Source: a virus. Taken from it: a stretch of 64,000 nucleotides of DNA. The notes under the pieces are model-generated. The model was not told the origin of the DNA. It searched no databases and saw only the letters and a list, made by a program, of their open reading frames with translations. Positions 58,630 through 64,000 of this stretch are shown in pieces (position 1 is the stretch's first letter; the number at the start of each line of letters is the position of its first letter). The position numbers and the translations under genes were made by a program. The DNA lies in IMG/VR virus record IMGVR_UViG_3300017589_000061, positions 1 through 64,000 of that record; one strand, given 5' to 3'.

Positions 58630-58908
58630 ATGTTAAATAGAAATGAAATAGGAATTATAGAATTAAGAGACAATAGTTATGTAATCAGAACTGAAAAGGG
58701 TGATTATAGGTTAGACATATACACTGATGGAGTAGTAGTTGAAAAGGGGTATTATGTAGACGCAAGCAGTCATGGCTACATATGGGAAACTAAAGGATAT
58801 TTATTTCATGAAGATGACAGAAAAATTAAAAGAAGAACTAAAAAAATAGCAAATGAAATAATTCAAGAAATAGTTACAATGTTATGTGAAAAAGAATTAT
58901 CTGCATAA
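58630..58908 (+). CDS. Early hypothetical protein
   Basis: GGAGGG RBS; start at MLNR. Confidence 0.6.
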   Translation: MLNRNEIGIIELRDNSYVIRTEKGDYRLDIYTDGVVVEKGYYVDASSHGYIWETKGYLFHEDDRKIKRRTKKIANEIIQEIVTMLCEKELSA

Positions 58909-59296
58909 CCAAATAAAAAGTAGATTTCATCATAATAAAAATAATTATAAATTATATTAAAAAAGAGTTGTATTTTTCAAGAAGTAGTATATAATAGAAT
59001 AAAGAAATTAAAATAAAAATAATAAGGAGAAATAAAATGGAAAAGGTTAAATGTGTAAATTGTGATTGGACAGGGACAAGTGATGAATTGGGGTGGGACA
59101 AAAAATTGAAAATTGAATTATGTCCTAAATGTTTTGGAAATGATGGGTTAGAGTTAATGAAATATGATAATAGAGATGCTGATTGTGAAAATTAGAAATA
59201 AATGAATAGCTTAATGCTATTCTATGAACTAATAAAAATAATTATTAGCTGATAGATTGGCATTAAATAAAAATAAAATAAAAAGGAGAAATAAAA

Positions 59297-59599
59297 ATGA
59301 AAAAAGGGTATGTATTATTAGTAGATGATGAGTGGGAATTTGCAGAATTAACAAAGAAAGATGTTGAAAGAATAAAAGATGATATCAATGGAGAATATGC
59401 TGAACAATATTTAATCAAACTTAATAATGGTGAAACAATTGATGTTGGAATAATTGACGATATAAAAGAAGCTGAAGAATATTATAAAAATAAAATGTAT
59501 GAAGCTATGCAAATTTTAAATGACATAGTATATGATGCTGAAAGAAATAGAATTGAGTGGAACGAAGCATTTAATCAAATGAAATGTGAATTTGTATAA
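59297..59599 (+). CDS. Acidic early protein
   Basis: AAGGAG RBS. Confidence 0.65.
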   Translation: MKKGYVLLVDDEWEFAELTKKDVERIKDDINGEYAEQYLIKLNNGETIDVGIIDDIKEAEEYYKNKMYEAMQILNDIVYDAERNRIEWNEAFNQMKCEFV

Positions 59600-59669
59600 A
59601 GTGACTTGTATCACTATAAATAGGTTGTTAGGTGCAAGGCGGTTGCTGTCTTAGGATGGCAACATCAAC
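59600..59669 (+). ncRNA. Pistol ribozyme 1
   Basis: P1 AGTGA/TCACT; loop CTTGTA pairs with TGCAAG; linker ATAAATAG; P2 GTTG/CAAC; TTAGG; GCG; P3 GTTGCTGTC/GATGGCAAC; A-U cleavage site at 59664/59665. Confidence 0.85.
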
Positions 59670-59695
59670 AAAATAAAAATAAAAGGAGAAGTAAA

Positions 59696-60337
59696 ATGAA
59701 AAAGAGTAAGTTAGATAACAAATTTAGGCATCATGCATGGTTTAAAGAAGGGGTAACGGTCAGATATGCATTAGATAATTTTGCTAAAACTTCAGATGTT
59801 TATTTGTCGCAGAAACCTAGCAAACATCAATCAATGAGATTATTTGATCCGATAAACTATGATGATATATTGACAGACGGAAGGTATTCTTATAGACCAA
59901 CAGAGGAAGAAAAAGAGTATTATTTAGAGAGAAAGGCTTACTGGAAAGAGCAAAAAGAAATTAAATATAATGAATGGCTAGATACTGAAATTGACGTTGA
60001 TAAAGAGTTAAGAATACATTTAGGAAATAATTCACATTATGATTTGAGAGGCAGTGAATACCAATTAAATATTTGGAGGAATTATAAGGTAACTGAAAAA
60101 ACTATAAAAGATTATAGTATAGATGAAAAAGAGAGAGCAAGATTAATTGAATCTTGGGAAAACAGAATTAAAATGACAAAAATTACAAGAGCAATAATTG
60201 ATGATTTAATTAGTAAATATAAACATGAAATAAAAACAAATAGAGATTTTGAAAATTTTAAACAGATTATAGACGAAGAATTATCAGAAGTGGTAGTATG
60301 GAATACCGAAACGGTAGACTGGGAACTAATAGCATAA
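59696..60337 (+). CDS. Early hypothetical protein
   Basis: 213 aa; AAGGAG RBS. Confidence 0.7.
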   Translation: MKKSKLDNKFRHHAWFKEGVTVRYALDNFAKTSDVYLSQKPSKHQSMRLFDPINYDDILTDGRYSYRPTEEEKEYYLERKAYWKEQKEIKYNEWLDTEIDVDKELRIHLGNNSHYDLRGSEYQLNIWRNYKVTEKTIKDYSIDEKERARLIESWENRIKMTKITRAIIDDLISKYKHEIKTNRDFENFKQIIDEELSEVVVWNTETVDWELIA

Positions 60338-60370
60338 TAAATATAAAAATAATAAAAGAGGTGTTTTAAT

Positions 60371-60622
60371 ATGGTAAAAATGTTAAAGTATAAAGATATA
60401 TTATTTGATGATTATTCAAAAGACGAATACGGAACATACTCAACAATATGTAAAAAGTGTCAAGAAAAATATAAAAATAATCTATCCAATAATGAAATTG
60501 ATAATGGAACAGGTGGAGGTGTTTGTGGAGTTAAGGGTTGTACAGAATCAGATTGGGAAACAGAAATTGATGTTGAATATATAGATTTTAAAGATGGTGA
60601 ATTTGAGATAGTAGAAATATAA
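60371..60622 (+). CDS. Cys-containing early protein
   Basis: ICKKC...VCGVKGC. Confidence 0.65.
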   Translation: MVKMLKYKDILFDDYSKDEYGTYSTICKKCQEKYKNNLSNNEIDNGTGGGVCGVKGCTESDWETEIDVEYIDFKDGEFEIVEI

Positions 60623-60789
60623 CAATAAAATTATAATAAAAGGGGAAGTAAAATGAATGATGAAGAAAGAAAAGAATTAGAAGAATTCAAAGAAATAGAA
60701 TGCGAATTCAAATGTGTTGGATGTAAAATGGCACAATTATGTTATGAAGAATCTAAAGAACAGGCAATAAAAGAAGGGTGGTATTAAAA

Positions 60790-60981
60790 ATGAAAGATAG
60801 TTATTTTGTAAAACAAGATTTATTAAAATATAAAAATGAATTAGAAATAAAAATAAAAAACTCCAAAGGTCAAGAATATTTTGAAGATTTTTATGGTGGT
60901 GAATTAAGAGGTATAAATATGGCAATAGATTTTATTGATGGATATTTATATTATAAAGATGATATGTTATTTAACAAATAA
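60790..60981 (+). CDS. Early hypothetical protein
   Basis: GGGTGG RBS; start at MKDS. Confidence 0.55.
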   Translation: MKDSYFVKQDLLKYKNELEIKIKNSKGQEYFEDFYGGELRGINMAIDFIDGYLYYKDDMLFNK

Positions 60982-61043
60982 AAATATAATAATAAAATTA
61001 AAAATAAAAAAGATGTGGTTTATGTGAGGGGTGGAATAGTAGT

Positions 61044-61265
61044 ATGGCAAAATTAAATAACGATTGGTGGAATACGTTTGGAGGTAGTTTTGAAACTGAA
61101 GAAGATGTGATTGAATTTATTTTTGAAAAATTAGATACAAAAAAATGGGAAGATAGCTATATTGATATGGGAGGATATGGTGAACCAAATGAAATGTTTA
61201 AGCAAACAGTTGAAGATAAAAAGAATTTATTGTATGAATTTATGATGAGTTTAGTGAATAAATAA
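61044..61265 (+). CDS. Early hypothetical protein
   Basis: GGGGTGG RBS. Confidence 0.6.
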   Translation: MAKLNNDWWNTFGGSFETEEDVIEFIFEKLDTKKWEDSYIDMGGYGEPNEMFKQTVEDKKNLLYEFMMSLVNK

Positions 61266-61288
61266 AATTATAAAAAGGAGGGTATAAG

Positions 61289-61471
61289 ATGGAAACTATA
61301 ATATGTATTAAAAACTATATAACAGATGGAGAAACTTTCACACAAGGAGAAAATTACGAAGTAATAGAAGATTGTGGCGATAATAGTGTATATGTATTTT
61401 CTAATGAAGGGAATGTAACTTGGTTAGATTTAGAATATGAAGAAATTGAAAAATATTTTATAATTAGATAA
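61289..61471 (+). CDS. Small SH3-like early protein
   Basis: ICIKNY...FTQGENYEV pattern. Confidence 0.55.
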   Translation: METIICIKNYITDGETFTQGENYEVIEDCGDNSVYVFSNEGNVTWLDLEYEEIEKYFIIR

Positions 61472-61486
61472 ATGGAGGATTTTAAT

Positions 61487-61693
61487 ATGAAAGATAATAA
61501 ATTTAAAAATGTTTCATCCGATAATTATAGTTTTTTATCAAAAAATAATACACATTGGTGTAACAAATATTGCAACAATGGAACAGCTTCATTAAAGGGT
61601 TTAAGACAATGTTATGATTGGAAGGATGCATATATTGTATTATGTAAAAATGTTTATATGACAATAACAAAAGAAATATTTGAAACATTATAA
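61487..61693 (+). CDS. Early hypothetical protein
   Basis: GGAGG RBS; start at MKDN. Confidence 0.55.
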   Translation: MKDNKFKNVSSDNYSFLSKNNTHWCNKYCNNGTASLKGLRQCYDWKDAYIVLCKNVYMTITKEIFETL

Positions 61694-61709
61694 AAAGGAG
61701 GATATGAAA

Positions 61710-61976
61710 ATGTTAAATAATATAAAAACAACACAGGAATATTTTAATTTGACAATAGATGAATTATTAGAAATAAAAAATAAATATGGTTATACGAGAG
61801 AAGAGTGTAAATTATTTGATGCCGGTGCAACAGTGACTTTTTTTGATGATGAAAAAGAATTTGCTCATGAAATGAAAAACGTAGGTGGTTTTCAGGAATA
61901 TATGGATATCCATAAATATGAAATAAAAGCTATATTAAAAACTATTAATGAACGTATAGCAGTAGTATTAATATAA
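61710..61976 (+). CDS. Early hypothetical protein
   Basis: AGGAGG RBS; start at MKM or MLN. Confidence 0.55.
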   Translation: MLNNIKTTQEYFNLTIDELLEIKNKYGYTREECKLFDAGATVTFFDDEKEFAHEMKNVGGFQEYMDIHKYEIKAILKTINERIAVVLI

Positions 61977-62154
61977 CAATAACAAAGTTACATTAAAAAT
62001 AAAAATGTTATAATATGGGAACGTCATGATAATTGTAATTAAATAATTAGTATAAAATCGTAAATTTATTATATAAAAATAAAGGGGATGTAATAAGATG
62101 GTAAATAAAATATCAGTTGGACAAAGAAGAAAATGGATTGATGAAGATATAGAA

Positions 62155-62228
62155 AGTGGCTTGTACCATTGCAACAAGTCCATTAAGTGCAAGGCGTTTG
62201 GCGGTAGTTAGCGACCGTCAAGGTTGGA
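62155..62228 (+). ncRNA. Pistol ribozyme 2
   Basis: P1 AGTGG/CCATT; loop CTTGTA pairs with TGCAAG; P2 TCCA/TGGA; TTAAG; GCGT; P3 TTGGCGGT/ACCGTCAA; G-GU with cleavage at 62223/62224. Confidence 0.88.
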
Positions 62229-62257
62229 AATATATAAAAATAAGGAGAAATAAAAAA

Positions 62258-62458
62258 ATGAGAGTAAAGTTTGGTAACAGAATAAGATTATGTGCAACAA
62301 TTACACATTCTGACGATAGCAAATTATTAATAATTACAACAATTAGTAATGAAGTATATACAGCAGATATGTTAACAATTAAAAATGCTGAAAATTACTT
62401 TGATAAATTACTTAAATCGGGATATTGTGATTTATCAGAATATGAATATAGTAATTAA
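62258..62458 (+). CDS. Early hypothetical protein
   Basis: AAGGAG RBS before MRVKFG. Confidence 0.6.
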   Translation: MRVKFGNRIRLCATITHSDDSKLLIITTISNEVYTADMLTIKNAENYFDKLLKSGYCDLSEYEYSN

Positions 62459-62520
62459 ATTATAAGTGTATAAAATGATTGTTTTAAACATATAAAAATA
62501 AAAATAGAAAAGGGGATAAA

Positions 62521-62829
62521 ATGAAAATAGGTCATACTTACATAGGAATACATGGGAATAAAAAGGGTTGGAAACATTATTTACTACCTAAAAATTATTA
62601 TGGTAGCAAATGGAAACATTCATATTTTCAATATTATATAAGATGGTTTAATATCTTTTGGTGTAAGCCTAGAAAATGTGAAAAGTGTGGAAATTATATG
62701 GTTGGTGATGGTCATCATATTTGGGATAAAGAAGGAAATAAAATTTTAATAACAGTATGCAGAGAATGTTACAACGAAAAGGGATGTAGTGGTTGGATAG
62801 ATTGGGCGTGGGTTCAGCAAACAAAATAA
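62521..62829 (+). CDS. Zn-ribbon early protein
   Basis: CEKC...CREC. Confidence 0.6.
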   Translation: MKIGHTYIGIHGNKKGWKHYLLPKNYYGSKWKHSYFQYYIRWFNIFWCKPRKCEKCGNYMVGDGHHIWDKEGNKILITVCRECYNEKGCSGWIDWAWVQQTK

Positions 62830-62923
62830 AAATAATTGAGGTGACAGTATGATACAAATAATATTAATTGGAATTGTGTGGTTGTTTTGTAAGTCATTAG
62901 GAATATAAAAAAAGGAGAATAAA

Positions 62924-63259
62924 ATGAGATCAAAGAGAAATCAAATATATAATTGTTGTAAATTCATTCATTACCTAGATATAGTTGATAGAAATTTTAC
63001 ATTAGATAATTATAAATGGTTAAATGATTTTAATAGCAATGAAATATTTAAAAGTTACAATATTGAATTAAGTAAAAATGAAAAAGAAATGTTAAAATCA
63101 AGATTAGAACAAATAAAAATAAATCATGCTGAAGAAGTAAGAATATATGACGAACAGATACATAAAAAAGCAATGAAGTCACTTGGAGAATTAAGTTATA
63201 TGCTCAGTTTAGTAAGTGGGAATAATCATTATAATGATTTAAAGGGGTTAATGCGATGA
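62924..63259 (+). CDS. Early hypothetical protein
   Basis: AAGGAG RBS. Confidence 0.6.
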   Translation: MRSKRNQIYNCCKFIHYLDIVDRNFTLDNYKWLNDFNSNEIFKSYNIELSKNEKEMLKSRLEQIKINHAEEVRIYDEQIHKKAMKSLGELSYMLSLVSGNNHYNDLKGLMR

Positions 63260-63492
63260 ATAGAGATATTTTAATAAAAAATATAACAATAATTGAAAAG
63301 TTTGCCGACTGGTTAAGAGAGAAAAGCATTTATGATGATTATGATTATTGTAATATTGATGACTTATTGGATGATGACGATGAAGAAGAGGAAGATGTAG
63401 CGGATAGATTATATAGAATAGTAAAAAATATGGAAAAAGAATTAGAAGTATGTAACAATAAATTATTAGAGAAATATAAAAATAAATTTTAG
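63256..63492 (+). CDS. Small protein with an acidic D/E tract
   Basis: DDLLDDDDEEEED; ATGA overlap with the upstream gene. Confidence 0.6.
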   Translation: MNRDILIKNITIIEKFADWLREKSIYDDYDYCNIDDLLDDDDEEEEDVADRLYRIVKNMEKELEVCNNKLLEKYKNKF

Positions 63493-63503
63493 GAGGATTT
63501 AAA

Positions 63504-63746
63504 ATGGATCAAGAAAATAAAATAAAAAATATTATCAATGAATTAAAATTAAAGTTTCAGGAAAATGTTTATATAGATAAAATAAATCAAATTTATTTTG
63601 TCGAACTGACTCTAAAAAATAAAATTATATTTGGTCAATATAATAATTATAATAAAGAGTTGTATAATGCTTTTAATGAATCGGCACTTACTTCTATTGA
63701 AGAATCAGACAATGATATAATATTAGGTTTTCAATTTTACATATAA
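63504..63746 (+). CDS. Early hypothetical protein
   Basis: AGGAGG RBS. Confidence 0.6.
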   Translation: MDQENKIKNIINELKLKFQENVYIDKINQIYFVELTLKNKIIFGQYNNYNKELYNAFNESALTSIEESDNDIILGFQFYI

Positions 63747-63812
63747 TCTGTTAGGATAATAAAACAGTTGTTTTAAGAATGTAAAAATAAAAATATAAAG
63801 GAGAATATAACA

Positions 63813-64000
63813 ATGAGTACAAGATCAGCGATAGGCATTAAAAATAGCGATGGTTTTATAACGGGAGTTTATTGCCATTATGATGGTTATTTAGACCACA
63901 ATGGAAGAATTTTAAAGGAACATTATGACAATAAAAACAAAGTTGAAGAATTACTATCTTATGGTGATATGTCAAGTTTAAGAGAAAATATTAATCCAAA
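63813..64000 (+). CDS. Conserved phage protein, truncated at the window edge
   Basis: MSTRSAIG...VYCHYDGY motif; AAGGAG RBS. Confidence 0.7.
   Translation, partial: MSTRSAIGIKNSDGFITGVYCHYDGYLDHNGRILKEHYDNKNKVEELLSYGDMSSLRENINP

Larger units (their letters stand above)
49696..64000 (+). other. Leading/early region of about 50 small co-oriented ORFs (host takeover and anti-defence candidates)
   Basis: All plus strand, mostly 40-200 aa and often acidic, strong RBSs preceded by AAAATAAAAATA, several sigmaA promoters; includes ORFs under 60 aa missing from the track (e.g. 49925-50068, 50101-50280). Confidence 0.85.

Noticed and set aside
59630-59640. GGTGCAAG as a twister-sister loop
   Set aside because: TGCAAG is the pseudoknot strand of a complete pistol fold.
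62156-62257. N-terminal extension of ORF 62156..62458
   Set aside because: It runs through the pistol ribozyme; the RBS supports a start at 62258.
52883-62857. Minus-strand ORFs in the early region
   Set aside because: Antisense shadows of plus-strand genes.

Overview
This window is part of a large, very AT-rich temperate phage or phage-plasmid of a spore-forming clostridial host, with SPbeta-like gene order. The minus strand (1-38.4 kb) holds the 5' end of a group IIC intron, the tail and head genes, a terminase large subunit split by a group I intron, two free-standing homing endonucleases, an HU-like gene, a YonO-like single-subunit RNA polymerase and small accessory genes. The centre (39-47.6 kb) is a plasmid-type replicon (ParA plus partner, initiator with iterons and DnaA boxes, SF2 helicase) and an FtsK/SpoIIIE plus replication-relaxation operon behind a sigmaK-like promoter. 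About 2 kb of non-coding DNA follows, with a perfect host-type parS, a 17-bp repeat array and a strand-skew switch (possible genome end). From 49.7 to 64 kb lies a leading/early region of about 50 tiny plus-strand genes. The most striking signal is that this early region is punctuated by RNA-processing elements: one hammerhead ribozyme, two pistol ribozymes and several RNase III-like hairpins, most placed about 30-35 nt before the next start codon. Other signals are a TAAAA-N6-TTTTA palindrome at gene borders, a structured RNA carrying an anti-Shine-Dalgarno sequence, and a strand-biased ACTGG cluster. All calls come from reading the sequence by eye; no searches were run.
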